DNA from: an uncultured Actinomycetota bacterium
GTDB taxonomy: Bacteria > Actinomycetota > UBA4738
Assembly (NCBI GenBank): GCA_963770955.1
Contig: CAVYRK010000007.1
Location: 145,769-209,768, forward strand
Direction: 5' to 3'
DNA length: 64,000 nt
The notes below the pieces were generated by a model. It was not told where the DNA came from. It did no database searches and saw only the letters and a program-made list of their open reading frames with translations. Positions 46,492-56,263 of the stretch are shown in pieces. Positions within the stretch are counted from its first letter, which is position 1. The number at the start of each line of letters is the position of its first letter. Position numbers and translations under genes: made by a program.

Positions 46492-47201
46492 ATGCACACG
46501 TCATCAGTCGCCGATCAGGTCCTTGAACGCGGGCTCATGGCGGATCGGGTCGAAGTCGGAGTCGTTGGCAGCAAGCCGGCGGAGCCGCTCGCGGTACTGC
46601 TCCGTCCGGTCGAGCGCCAGTCGGAGATGCTCGATCGCGTCGGCGGTGCGCCCCGTGAGGCTCTCGCAACACGCGAGGTTGTAGAGCGGCTCGGGATACT
46701 GCGGTTTCCACGATCCGGTCGCGTCCGCGAGCGATCACCTCCGCGTACTCGCCCGACTCGTACAGGGGGTGAAGCGGCTTCCAGATCTCCCAGCCGACCG
46801 GTTCGTACGCCTTCCCAGGAACACCGCCGACCGCGACGATCGTCGTCCCCCGCTCTTCGGCGAACGCCGTCCGCCTGACGCCGGGCGGGACGAAGACGAA
46901 CGTTCCCGCGGGCGCGTTCACATGCTCACCGTCGAGCTCGAACCGTGCACGACCACGGTGGACGAGGTAGAGGTCCTCGTTCGCGTCCTCCTCCAGATCG
47001 CTCCGATCGCAGATGACCCGGCTCGCGCTCCAACTCATCGTGTTCATCGATGATCCGGTCGCCCGGGTCACGCCCCGTCCATGTGGTCACGCCGAAGGAG
47101 GTGATGCCGAAGTGGTGACGGACCGGCCGCCATTGGGAGCGACCGTCGCCGACCTCGTCGATGTCGTCGAGGTTCGCTACCGCATAGGCGCTCACGAGCA
47201 T
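46492..47201 (-). CDS. Cupin-domain protein with a C-terminal helical tail; two apparent frameshifts (~47010 and ~46720)
   Basis: The N-terminus MLVSAYAVANLDDIDEV...IIDEHDE is in ORF 46926..47201. The cupin core DLEEDANEDLYLVHRGRARFELDGEHVNAPAGTFVFVPPG is in ORF 46535..47071. The C-terminus ...KPQYPEPLYNLACCESLTGRTADAIEHLRLALDRTEQYRERLRRLAANDSDFDPIRHEPAFKDLIGD is in a third frame. Confidence 0.45.
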
Positions 47202-47287
47202 CTCCCTTCAGATTGCGAGCCGTGGCCGAAAGAAAGCGAGTGTAGCGAATGACCTATTCTCGACAGGCAACGGCGACGTGACCCGGG

Positions 47288-47746
47288 TCAGGCCCGACCC
47301 AGCGCGCGGATGGAGGCGGATGCGTCCGCGAACACATCGAGCGGGGCGAGCAGCGCGCTGAGCTCGTCCACGAGTTCCTCGTACCGCTCAGGGGACCGAT
47401 CGAGTCGAAGACGGCGTGCGCGCGCGAGTGCCTCTGTCAGCGCGTGCGCGCAACGCGTCCACTCGTCCTCCGTCTCGGGGCGGCGCCACCCGGGCATCGA
47501 CTCCCCCGCTCTGCCCAGTCGTTCCTCGAACGTCGACAGACCCACCGCGAGGGGCACGCCCGGCGTGCGACCCGAGCGGACGGACAGGACCAACGACCGC
47601 TTCGCGTCCTCGACGTGAGCGAGCGTCGCGTCGAAGGCGTGGATGGTCTCCGCGAACGCGGGATCGACGCGGGCGCGGGAGAACAGACGGAACCGTGGCA
47701 CGGCCGGATTGTACGGACGGCGGCCGTGTTCGCCACCGGCATACAA
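47288..47746 (-). CDS. Hypothetical protein
   Basis: 152-aa ORF with protein-like composition, divergent from the lipid-kinase gene. No recognisable motif. Confidence 0.3.
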   Translation of the reverse strand: MYAGGEHGRRPYNPAVPRFRLFSRARVDPAFAETIHAFDATLAHVEDAKRSLVLSVRSGRTPGVPLAVGLSTFEERLGRAGESMPGWRRPETEDEWTRCAHALTEALARARRLRLDRSPERYEELVDELSALLAPLDVFADASASIRALGRA

Positions 47747-47754
47747 TCCGCCGG

Positions 47755-48657
47755 GTGAGCCAGCTCCTGCTGATCGTGAACACGGTAGCGCAGACCGTGA
47801 CGCGCTACGCCCGGGACGTCATCACCGGCGCGCTCTCCTCCGGGTTCCGCGTCGAGGTGGGCGAGACGAAGGGGCCCGGGCACGCGGGCGAGCTCGCGAC
47901 GGGAGCGGCGGAGCGTGGCATCGACCTGGTCGTCGTGCTCGGTGGCGACGGCACGGTGAACGAGGTGGCGAACGGGCTGGCCGGGACGGGCGTGCCGATG
48001 GCCGTGCTTCCCGGCGGTGGCGCGAACGTGTTCGCGCGATCCCTGGGCCTGCCTCGCGACGCCGTCGAGGCTGCCGGCGTCCTGCTCGAACGGCTGCACG
48101 AGCCGCCCCGGCGCATCCCGCTCGGCCGTGCCGGGGATCGTTGGTTCCTGGCCAACGCGGGCGTCGGCATCGACGCCGCCATCGTCCGGCGGGTCGAGGA
48201 GCGGCAGGTCGCGAAGCGGCTCGGCGGCGACCTGTCCTTCGCGTGGTCGGGCCTTCGCGTCCTGTTCTCCGAGTACGACCGGCGCACCCCGCATCTGCGC
48301 GTGCGGATGGGAGAGTCGGACGTCGACGGCGTGTTCACGGTGATGGTGCAGAACGTCGATCCGTACACCTACCTCGGCGACCGCGCCGTTCGGTTCTGCG
48401 CGGGGGCGTCGCTGGACGGCGGCCTCGACGCCGTCGCCTTCCGGACGCTTCGGACCACGCTGGTCGCGCGCGTCGTCCGCCGGGCGCTCCGGACGGGGAA
48501 GCAGGTGCGCCGGGCCGCCGCGTACGGCCACGACCTCCCTTCGGTGCGGATCGAGGCCGACATGCCCATGCCGCTCCAGGTGGACGGCGAGTTCGTGGGC
48601 GAGATCGAGGCCGTCACGATCGAGTCGGTGCCCGGCGCGCTGCTGCTCTACGGCTGA
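47755..48657 (+). CDS. Diacylglycerol/lipid kinase catalytic-domain protein (DAGK_cat; YegS/BmrU-like)
   Basis: (V)SQLLLIVNT...GIDLVVVLGGDGTVNEVANGL is the DAGK_cat GGDGT motif. ~300 aa. Confidence 0.7.
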   Translation: MSQLLLIVNTVAQTVTRYARDVITGALSSGFRVEVGETKGPGHAGELATGAAERGIDLVVVLGGDGTVNEVANGLAGTGVPMAVLPGGGANVFARSLGLPRDAVEAAGVLLERLHEPPRRIPLGRAGDRWFLANAGVGIDAAIVRRVEERQVAKRLGGDLSFAWSGLRVLFSEYDRRTPHLRVRMGESDVDGVFTVMVQNVDPYTYLGDRAVRFCAGASLDGGLDAVAFRTLRTTLVARVVRRALRTGKQVRRAAAYGHDLPSVRIEADMPMPLQVDGEFVGEIEAVTIESVPGALLLYG

Positions 48658-49442
48658 CGGCCCGCCCGGACCTCGTCCCGGACGGGGACCGCAGCGGCCG
48701 GGTCGTTCGTGGCCACGGCATCCACGCCCATTGCGTACAGCCGGGCGATCCGGCGGGGGTCGTCCACCGTCCACGTGCCGACCAGGACGCCGGCGTCGTG
48801 GCACTCGCGGACGAAGCCCTCCCCGCCGGCTTCCACGGCATCGGCCTGCGGAAGGACGAATCGATGGCCATGCCCCTGCGCCACCCGCAGTGCCGACCCC
48901 AGGTCCGCGTCCTTCGGCGACAGCAACCCCGTGGCCAGCGCCGGCTCGAGGTCGCGCACCCGGGCGACGGCGACCGGATTGAAGGACGTGATCAGCACCG
49001 GTCCTTCGAAACCCAATTGGTCAAGCAGCTTGACCACCTGCTCGGCGGCCTGTTCGCGGCCGCCGTCGTAGCCGGGATCGCCGGGGATGTTCTTGATCTC
49101 GACGTCCAGAGCGATGCGTCCGTGCAACAGATGGAGGACCTCGTCGAACGTGGGGGTGCGCGTGCGCTCGTCGTGCCCCTCGTCGGAATCGTTGCGGCGA
49201 ATGTCGTCGAGCGTCAGCTCGTGGACGTTCGCGGAGCCGCCACGGGCGAGCGGGACATGCGAATCGTGTCGCACGACCAGGGCGTTGTCCATGGTGCAAC
49301 GCACATCGAGCTCGATCATGTCCGCGCCGGCATCGACCGCGCCGTCGAACGCGGCGAATGTGTTCTCGGGGAACGTCGAGGATGCGCCGCGGTGGGCGAC
49401 GATCACCGGCCAAACCAGTTCGCCAATTCCCGTCATACCCAT
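48648..49442 (-). CDS. Glycerophosphodiester phosphodiesterase
   Basis: 264 aa from MGMTGIGELVWPVIVAHRGAS. HRGxxxxxPENT and ELDV motifs (IVAHRGASSTFPENTFAAF; MIELDVRCT). Confidence 0.85.
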   Translation of the reverse strand: MGMTGIGELVWPVIVAHRGASSTFPENTFAAFDGAVDAGADMIELDVRCTMDNALVVRHDSHVPLARGGSANVHELTLDDIRRNDSDEGHDERTRTPTFDEVLHLLHGRIALDVEIKNIPGDPGYDGGREQAAEQVVKLLDQLGFEGPVLITSFNPVAVARVRDLEPALATGLLSPKDADLGSALRVAQGHGHRFVLPQADAVEAGGEGFVRECHDAGVLVGTWTVDDPRRIARLYAMGVDAVATNDPAAAVPVRDEVRAGRQP

Positions 49443-49472
49443 TGTGTCCGCGAGAGGGGCGTCAGTATAATC
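49443..49472 (+). promoter_or_regulatory. Candidate sigma-A-type promoter for whiB: TTGTGT-N18-TATAAT
   Basis: TTGTGT at 49443-49448 and TATAAT at 49467-49472, about 113 nt upstream of the whiB ATG. It is a rare AT-rich hexamer pair in 72% GC DNA. Confidence 0.3.
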
Positions 49473-49584
49473 CGGCGCTCCGGCGGACCGAGGAACGAGG
49501 TGGGCGGCCTCGACGGCGAGCCGAAATGGGCGGCAATCGGGAGCGGCACACTTCGGTAACGGGGCGTGCCGGAGGGGGTGGGCC

Positions 49585-49848
49585 GTGGACTGGGTGCACC
49601 GAGCGCGCTGCAAGGACGAGGACCCTGAGCTCTTCTTCCCCATCGGCACGAGCGGCCCGGCCGCGGTACAGATCGAGATGGCGAAGGCCGTCTGCGTCCA
49701 GTGCTCTGTCAAAGGTGAGTGTCTCGAGTGGGCGCTCGGGACCAACCAGGACGCGGGCGTCTGGGGCGGACTCTCCGAGGACGAGCGCCGCGCCGTGCGG
49801 CGCGCGCGACGCCGCGGCGAGATCAGTCGCTTCGCGCTGACCGGCTGA
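49585..49848 (+). CDS. whiB: WhiB-family 4Fe-4S transcriptional regulator
   Basis: 87 aa with four Cys in the C-X(n)-C-X2-C-X5-C arrangement (RARCKDEDPELFF...CVQCSVKGECLEWAL), a G(V/I)WGG turn and a basic C-terminus. Confidence 0.9.
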   Translation: MDWVHRARCKDEDPELFFPIGTSGPAAVQIEMAKAVCVQCSVKGECLEWALGTNQDAGVWGGLSEDERRAVRRARRRGEISRFALTG

Positions 49849-49849
49849 G

Positions 49850-50584
49850 TCAGACCAGGCTCGACGGGCAGAGGTCGTTCACCGGGCAGTCCTCGCACCG
49901 AGGGACCGGCGCCTTGCAGATGGCGCGCCCGTGGTCGATCAGCACGTACGTGAACCCGAACCAGTCCTCGCGCGGGATGACCTTCATCAGGTCGCGCTCG
50001 ATCTTGTCGGGGTCCGTCTGCGTGGTGAATCCCAGACGCTGCGCCAGGCGGCGGACGTGCGTGTCGACGGCGATCCCGGCGTCGGGGTCCTTTGCGTGCT
50101 CCTCCGGATACGAGTTGCCCTGGACGATGTTGGCGGTCTTTCGGGCAACGCCCGGCAGCGTGATCAGCTCGGCGATCGTCCGGGGGACCTCTCCCCCGAA
50201 GTCCTCGACGATCTTCCGGCACGCGCCCCGCACGGCTTTCGTCTTCTGGTTGAAGAACCCGGTCGGGTGCAGCTCCTCCAGCAGCTGCGCCTCGGGGACC
50301 GCCAGCCAGTCCTCCGCGGTCCGGTACTTGGGAAAGAGCGTCGCCGTCACCCGGTTCACGTTCTCGTCGGTGCTCTGCGCCGAGAGGATCGTCGCGATCA
50401 GGCACTCCAGCGGCGTGGTGAAGTGCAGCGCGACGGTCGCGGCCGGATAGGCCTCCTTCAGGCGGGCGATCACCACGGGCGCCCGCTCCTTGAGCGGCGG
50501 CACCTTCTTGCGCGGCCGCGCCTTCGGCTTGGGCCGGGGCTTCGGCTTCGCGCCGTGGGTCGCTTCCGTCTTCCGCGTCGGCAT
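49850..50584 (-). CDS. nth: Endonuclease III (DNA glycosylase/AP lyase)
   Basis: HhH-GPD motif (LPGVARKTANIV) and the C-terminal 4Fe-4S cluster C-X6-C-X2-C-X5-C (CKAPVPRCEDCPVNDLC). The Lys/Pro-rich N-terminal extension is unusual. Confidence 0.9.
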   Translation of the reverse strand: MPTRKTEATHGAKPKPRPKPKARPRKKVPPLKERAPVVIARLKEAYPAATVALHFTTPLECLIATILSAQSTDENVNRVTATLFPKYRTAEDWLAVPEAQLLEELHPTGFFNQKTKAVRGACRKIVEDFGGEVPRTIAELITLPGVARKTANIVQGNSYPEEHAKDPDAGIAVDTHVRRLAQRLGFTTQTDPDKIERDLMKVIPREDWFGFTYVLIDHGRAICKAPVPRCEDCPVNDLCPSSLV

Positions 50585-50588
50585 CCGT

Positions 50589-51386
50589 CTACCGTCCCTT
50601 GAAGTCGGGCCGGCGACGCTCCCGAAGCGCCGCGAGTCCTTCCTCGACGTCGTCGCTTCCCATGGCCTCCGCGGCCATCATGTCGAAGTCGGCGACGCGG
50701 TGCCCCTCGGTGAACGGGTCGAGGCCCCGGTGCTCGGCCACGACCCGGATTCCCCGCTTGGATGCGCGCACGGCCAGCGGCGCGCGGGAGGCCACCCGGC
50801 GGGCAAGCGCGTCCACGGCGTCGCGCACGTCGGCAGAGGGCACAGCGCGGTTGACCAGGCCCCACTCGGCGGCGGTCTCCCCGGAGAGCTCGTGACCCGA
50901 CTCGAGCAGGTCGGAGGCGCGCTTCGGGCCGGCCGCGGAGACCAGGCGCTCGATCATCTCGAAGCTGACGACGACGCCCAGGCGCGTGGCGGGGATGCCG
51001 AGGCGCGCATCGGTCGCGGCGATCGCGAGGTCGCAGGCCAGCACCAGCAGGCACCCCGCGCCGAGCGCCTCACCCGCGACGCCGGCGATGACCGGCTGCG
51101 GCTGGTTCTCCACCGCCTCGAGCAGCGCGTCGAACGAGCGGACGTAGTCGATGCCGCCGTCGCGCTCGACCGCGGCCGCCAGGTCGTCCAGGTCGGCGCC
51201 GGCGGAGAAGTCCGCCCCGGCGCCCACGAGCGTCACGACGCGGCACGCCGGGTCGGCGGCCGCCTCGCCCAGCGCCCGCAGCAGCGCGTGCCGCATGCCG
51301 GGCGAGATGGCGTTGCGGGCGTCCGGGCGGTTCAGCGTCAGCCGCCAGACGACGCCGGGCTCCGACAGAACGGGGTCCTCCGCCAT
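50589..51386 (-). CDS. Enoyl-CoA hydratase/isomerase (crotonase-fold) protein
   Basis: 265 aa from MAEDPVLSE. Crotonase motifs VVTLVGAGADFSAGADL and VIAGVAGEALGAGCLL. Confidence 0.8.
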   Translation of the reverse strand: MAEDPVLSEPGVVWRLTLNRPDARNAISPGMRHALLRALGEAAADPACRVVTLVGAGADFSAGADLDDLAAAVERDGGIDYVRSFDALLEAVENQPQPVIAGVAGEALGAGCLLVLACDLAIAATDARLGIPATRLGVVVSFEMIERLVSAAGPKRASDLLESGHELSGETAAEWGLVNRAVPSADVRDAVDALARRVASRAPLAVRASKRGIRVVAEHRGLDPFTEGHRVADFDMMAAEAMGSDDVEEGLAALRERRRPDFKGR

Positions 51387-51397
51387 GTGGCCCGAAC

Positions 51398-51970
51398 CTA
51401 GCCGGTCCCCGCCGGTCCGGCCACCGGGCCCGCGGGGTCGGCGGGCTCGACGGCCGGACCGAGCGAGTAGAGCAGCAGGCGCTGGTCGAAGAACTCGGCG
51501 TCGCGCTCGTAGGACATGCCCACCTTCTCCGCGACCCGGACCGACGCCCGGTTGTCGGGATAGATGAGCGACACGAGCCGCCGCCGCCCCCGCGGGCCGA
51601 GCCCCAAGTCGCGGATGGCGGTGGCGGCCTCCGTGGCGTAGCCCTTTCCCCAGTACGGCCGGCCGAGCAGGTAGGCCACCTCGACCTCCTCGACGCCGTC
51701 CAGGTTCCACCGGATCAGGCCGCACCAGCCGATCGGCCGGCCGGCGTTCTCCTTCGGCGTGGTCGCCGCCAGCAGGCCGTGGCCCCACCGTTCGTACTCG
51801 TCCAGGATCGTGCGAAGCGTCCGTTCGCTCTCGGCGAACGTCCGGCCGCGCGCCTCGCCCTTGCCGACGTACCGCATGACCTCGGGATCGGAAAGCACCT
51901 CGGCCAGAGCATCGAGATCCTCCATGACGAACGGCCGCAGGACGAGCCGCTCCGTCCGGACGCCCTCCAA
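51398..51970 (-). CDS. GNAT-family N-acetyltransferase (RimJ/RimL-like)
   Basis: 190 aa. RLVLRPFVMEDLDALAEVLSDPEVMRY... and WGKGYATEAATAI match the acetyl-CoA-binding motif. Confidence 0.8.
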   Translation of the reverse strand: MEGVRTERLVLRPFVMEDLDALAEVLSDPEVMRYVGKGEARGRTFAESERTLRTILDEYERWGHGLLAATTPKENAGRPIGWCGLIRWNLDGVEEVEVAYLLGRPYWGKGYATEAATAIRDLGLGPRGRRRLVSLIYPDNRASVRVAEKVGMSYERDAEFFDQRLLLYSLGPAVEPADPAGPVAGPAGTG

Positions 51971-51973
51971 GGG

Positions 51974-52975
51974 TCAGCCGCGTGGCAGGAAGCCGACGCG
52001 CTCGTAGACGGTCGCGAGGGTCTTGGACGCGATCTCCTGCGCCCGGTCCGCGCCGAGGTGCAGGACGCGCGCGATCTCGCCGGGGTCGGCGCTCAGCTCC
52101 CGGTAGCGCTCCTGGAGCGGACGGAGGAACTCGATCACGGCGTCGGCCAGGCCGTCCTTGAAGTCGCCGTATCCCTTGCCGGCGTACTCGAGCTCCACGT
52201 CGGCGACCGGACGGCCCGTCGCCACGGAGTAGACCGTCAGCAGGTTCGAGATCGCCGGCTTGTCCTCGCGGAACTCCACCTCGCGGCCCGAGTCGGTGAC
52301 CGCCGTCTTCACCTTCCTGCGCAGCACGTCCGGCGGGTCGGTCACCTTGATCGTCCCCTGAGGCGAATCGGCGGACTTCGACATCTTCGCCGTCGGTTCC
52401 TGGAAGTCCATGATCCGCGCCCCGCCTTCGGCCGGCGGGATGTCGGCCTCCGGGACGACGAACGTGTCCGGGAACGTCGCGTTGAAGCGCACGGCGACGT
52501 CGCGCGTCAGCTCGAGGTGCTGGCGCTGGTCGTCGCCGACCGGCACCCGGTCGGTCCGGTAGAGCAGGATGTCGGCCGCCATCAGCACGGGGTAGTCGAA
52601 CAGCCCGGCCGACACCAGGGCGTCGCCCCGCTTCGCCGACTTGTCCTTGAACTGGGTCATGCGGCGCAGCTCGCCGTACGCGGTGAACGCGTTCAGGATC
52701 CAGGCCAGCTCGGCGTGCTCGTGCACCTGCGACTGCGCGAACAGGATCGAGCGCTCGGGGTCGATGCCCGCCGCCAGGTAGATGGCGGCGAGGTCGAGCG
52801 TCTTCGCGCGCAGCTCCTCGGGGTCGGGGAGGCTCTCGGTGATCGCGTGCAGGTCGACGATGCAGAACACGCACTCGTCCACGTCCTGGGCCAGCACGAA
52901 GCGCCTGAGCGCCCCGATGTAGTTGCCCAGATGGATCTCGCCCGTGGGCTGGATTCCCGAGAACACCCGTGCCAT
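51974..52975 (-). CDS. trpS: Tryptophan--tRNA ligase
   Basis: From MARVFSGIQPTGEIHLGNYIGAL (HIGH-type motif). KMSKS is present as AKMSKSAD. 333 aa. Confidence 0.9.
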   Translation of the reverse strand: MARVFSGIQPTGEIHLGNYIGALRRFVLAQDVDECVFCIVDLHAITESLPDPEELRAKTLDLAAIYLAAGIDPERSILFAQSQVHEHAELAWILNAFTAYGELRRMTQFKDKSAKRGDALVSAGLFDYPVLMAADILLYRTDRVPVGDDQRQHLELTRDVAVRFNATFPDTFVVPEADIPPAEGGARIMDFQEPTAKMSKSADSPQGTIKVTDPPDVLRRKVKTAVTDSGREVEFREDKPAISNLLTVYSVATGRPVADVELEYAGKGYGDFKDGLADAVIEFLRPLQERYRELSADPGEIARVLHLGADRAQEIASKTLATVYERVGFLPRG

Positions 52976-53057
52976 CAGCCGGCTCCTTCGACAGACGCCG
53001 AGGATAGCAAGGCGGGTCTGGCGTTCCGACGATGTCCTCGAATAGTCTTCCCCCGCC

Positions 53058-53551
53058 ATGTCGGACGCGAGGGGACTCCAAGGCGTCGAGGTCTACGACG
53101 CCCGTGAGAGCCATGTGCTCGGGGTGACCGACGGCGGCTACGCCATCTGGGACCTCCGTGCCCCAGCCGCCCCCGTCGCGGGATTCCCGGGGACCGACGA
53201 CGGGCTCGAGGCCGCCGAGCTCGAGTTCGATCGGTTGGTCCGCGAGGAACGGCGCGGGCGTGATCGCTGGTCGCCGGTCCTCCGCTGGACGTTGTTCGTC
53301 ACGCTTGGCATCTGGGTCGCGGCCAGCCTCGCGCGCGGCGTCATCGAAGCTCCTCACTGAACCTCAATCGCCTCGGCTCGAGCGCCGTTCGGTGGTTCGA
53401 TTACATCGCCGTCGTCCAGACCGCTTCTTTCGCAGTCTGGATCGCCGCCCTGGTCGTCCTCGTCGCGCTGTGGCTTCGACGCAACGGCCGGGTCGTCGAG
53501 CAACGCCTCACGGGAGAGAGTCCCACGGGGCAGCGCGAAGAAGCCGACTGA
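53058..53551 (+). CDS. Hypothetical small membrane protein; two TM segments lie in different frames (possible indel near 53340-53395)
   Basis: ORF 53058..53360 ends with TM-like WTLFVTLGIWVAASLA. The next frame (53396-53551) encodes FDYIAVVQTASFAVWIAALVVLVALWLRRNG...EEAD with no start codon of its own. Confidence 0.3.
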
Positions 53552-53555
53552 GGGG

Positions 53556-54495
53556 CTACGGTCCGGACGTCTGGGGCTTCGGCGACTCGTCGACCACCAG
53601 CCGGAAGACGTCCGGGCGCGAGTAGTGGCCCACCGGGTCGAACTGGTGACGCGACGCGCGCGCCTTCGCGGGGTCGATCTCGGCGTAGAGGATGCCCTCC
53701 TCCTCCAGCAGCGGGCCGGCCAGGATCTCGCCGCCCGGCGCGACGATCGTCGAGAAGCCGCGCGACATCCAGTCGTCCTCGCCGGCCCACACCTCGCCCT
53801 TGCCCGGGATGTCGTCGGGCACGTCCGAGCCGCGCAGCAGCGGCGCCACGCCGATCACGTACAGCCGACCCTCCTTGGCGATGTGGCGGAGCGTCGCCAC
53901 CCACATGTCGCTGTTGTCCCACGTCGGCGCGACGTAGACGTCCACGCCCTTCGCGTACATGGAGTATCGCGCGAGCGGCATGTAGTTCTCCCAGCAGATC
54001 AGCCCGCCCAGCCGGCCGAACGGCGTGTCGTACACCTGCAGCGTCGAGCCGTCGCCCATGCCCCACACCAGCCGCTCGCCACCGGTCGGCATCAGCTTCC
54101 GGTGCTTCCCCAGCACGCTCCCGTCGGGGCCGAACGTGACCTGGGTGTTGTAGATCGTGCCGCCCGCCGGTTCGCTTCTCGTTGACGCCCATCGACACGT
54201 ACGCCTTCGCCTGCTTCGCCGCCTTGCCGAGCACCTCCGTCACCGGTCCCGGGATCTCGACGGCGTTCTCCAACAGCAAGGCGTACAGGTCGGTGGACGG
54301 CGGGTCCCAGGCGGGAACGCGCCAGATCCAGTCGGGGTAGGTTGGAATGAAGGTCTCGGGGAACACGATCAGCCCCGCGCCCTCGCCGCCTGCCTCCTTG
54401 ATCAACCGCACCGCCTTCTCCACCGTCGCCTCGCGGTCCAGGAACTCCGGCGTCGCCTGCACCGCCGCGGCTACCACCTTCTCGAGCGTGGCCAT
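53556..54495 (-). CDS. Carbon-nitrogen hydrolase (nitrilase/cyanide hydratase family); apparent 1-nt insertion near 54165
   Basis: The N-terminus [36 protein letters not shown]...[11 protein letters not shown] contains the catalytic-Glu region. It continues in the other frame as [34 protein letters not shown]...[13 protein letters not shown] (the catalytic Cys is in CWEN). Removing one G from a GGG run joins the two parts. Confidence 0.75.
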
Positions 54496-54506
54496 CGCTT
54501 CCTCCC

Positions 54507-55124
54507 CTATCCCTCCCGGTTCGCGGGATCGTTCTCCGGCAGCACGTCGCGCGCCCAGTCCGAGCGCTTCCAGTCCGGCACCGGCGTCTCGCATCCTTCG
54601 CGCGGCACGAACTCCGAGCGTTCCACCCGCCGCATGCGGTGCACGTAGCGCGGGCAGTTGGGGAAGACCTCCCGCGCGCGGACGCGCACGACGAACTGCG
54701 CCTCGGGCCACTCCGAGCGGAGCGGATCGTCCATGTCGATGGAGGCCTCGCCGTTCAGCCGCATCCGGTGGCCGCGTTCGAAGTCGATGAACAGCAGGCC
54801 CACGTGCGGGTTGCGCGACAGGTTGCCCATGCTCAGGTACATCCCATTGCCGTCGTAGTTGGGAAACGCGATCGTGCGCTCGTCGAGGACGCGCACGAAC
54901 CCGGGATCGCCGCCCTTGTACGAGCAGTTCGGCCGGCCTTGCTCGTCCGCCGTCGCCAGGAAGAACATGTCGGCCGATTCGATGAACGCGCGATCCCCGT
55001 CGTCGATTGTGTCGGTCCACAGCCGGTCCGCCAGACGGTCGGCGAGCCGCCGCGTGTCGAACCGGTCCTGCAGCGCGCGGCTGCCGTCGTGGTACGGGGA
55101 GTCCCCGTCGGCAGTGGCCTTCAT
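54507..55124 (-). CDS. Pyridoxamine 5'-phosphate oxidase-like FMN/F420-binding split-barrel protein
   Basis: 205 aa from MKATADGDSP. The region FIESADMFFLATADEQGRPNCSYKGG...VRVLDERTIAFPNYDGNGMYLSMGNL matches the PNPOx-like fold. Confidence 0.6.
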   Translation of the reverse strand: MKATADGDSPYHDGSRALQDRFDTRRLADRLADRLWTDTIDDGDRAFIESADMFFLATADEQGRPNCSYKGGDPGFVRVLDERTIAFPNYDGNGMYLSMGNLSRNPHVGLLFIDFERGHRMRLNGEASIDMDDPLRSEWPEAQFVVRVRAREVFPNCPRYVHRMRRVERSEFVPREGCETPVPDWKRSDWARDVLPENDPANREG

Positions 55125-55891
55125 GGAGCGCCCTCCGTCGCGGCCCCCACTCCGCGGACGCCGGAGCCGGTCAACGGTTCCTCGAACGTCTCTCCGGCCG
55201 CGAAGCTGCGCTCGTCGTCGCCGAGGATCACGCCCACGCGGCCCGACCCCTCGACCGTCCACCGGCCGTCGTCGCCGAGCATCGCCGTGTGCTCGTCGAT
55301 CGTGACGAGCCGACGGTCCGCGGGCACCGAGCGCCTGATGAGGCCCTGCAGGCCGGGGACGTATCCATTCAACGCGTCCCAGTGCGGCATGAGGAACGTG
55401 CTCGGAAACACGCCGAGCCCCGGCTGCAGCAGCGAGCCGTCGGCGTTCAGCGGGTCCCGGACCGAGCTATCGGGAGCGGATACGCCCAGGCACGCCACTC
55501 CGGCGCTGCATCCCGCGTAGGCCATGCCGCGCCGCATCTCGTCGACGATGCACGCCCACGCTGCGGTGCCGGTCAGCGTCGCCGCGAGGTACGCGGGGTT
55601 CCCGCCCGAGAAGAACACCGCGGACGCGCCTTGGAACCGTTCCAGCAGCTCCGGCCGCTCGGCGTCGGCCCGCGTCCGCAGGGGGACGACCTCGGCGGGA
55701 ATGCCGGCTTCCTCGTAGTGGCGCAGCCCCATCGAGGCCCAGCCCTCGAAGACGTCCTCGCCCTCGGGGGCGCTGGCGGTGGGAAGCACGACGATCCTCC
55801 CGTCGCCCGATCCGTGCTCCAGCAACCACCGGTCGACGGGCTCGGTCCACGGCTCGAACTCACCGGATCCGAGCAGTGCAAACGAGGGCAT
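55121..55891 (-). CDS. Peptidase S51 / type-1 glutamine-amidotransferase-like protein (dipeptidase E / cyanophycinase family)
   Basis: 256 aa. RIVVLPTASAPEG...VFFSGGNPAYL and the nucleophile context AGCSAG. Confidence 0.55.
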   Translation of the reverse strand: MPSFALLGSGEFEPWTEPVDRWLLEHGSGDGRIVVLPTASAPEGEDVFEGWASMGLRHYEEAGIPAEVVPLRTRADAERPELLERFQGASAVFFSGGNPAYLAATLTGTAAWACIVDEMRRGMAYAGCSAGVACLGVSAPDSSVRDPLNADGSLLQPGLGVFPSTFLMPHWDALNGYVPGLQGLIRRSVPADRRLVTIDEHTAMLGDDGRWTVEGSGRVGVILGDDERSFAAGETFEEPLTGSGVRGVGAATEGAP

Positions 55892-55941
55892 GACGTGCAG
55901 AGTATGGCAGCAGGGCGGCGGGACGGGAGCCGCGCGACGGT

Positions 55942-56133
55942 TCAGGTGGTCGGCTGGACCAGGTCCTCGGCGAGCTTCTCGATGGCCTCCGCCGGAAACC
56001 GCCGGTGCCCGCCCAGCGTGCGGGAGTGCGGCAGCTTCCCGTCCTTCGCCCAGCGGGTCACGGTCTTGGGCGACACATGCAGCAAGACCGCTACATCGGA
56101 CGTCTTCAGATAGCGCTCGACCTTCTCGGGCAC
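55942..56133 (-). CDS. bldC: BldC-like small MerR/excisionase-family DNA-binding protein
   Basis: 63 aa. LKTSDVAVLLHVSPKTVTRWAKDGKLPHSRTLGGHRRFPAEAI closely matches the Streptomyces BldC core (PKTVTRWAK.GKL...RTLGGHRR). Confidence 0.8.
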   Translation of the reverse strand: MPEKVERYLKTSDVAVLLHVSPKTVTRWAKDGKLPHSRTLGGHRRFPAEAIEKLAEDLVQPTT

Positions 56134-56263
56134 GTGCGACCCCTCCTCAATTTGATGCTGCGGGCATCAGTTCACCGGACGTTTACCACAGACTCGCGTC
56201 CTGAGCGAACTTCTTTCAGTATGCGAGACTCGGGCAGCTTGTCCAGAGGATCGTGCCCCCGGG

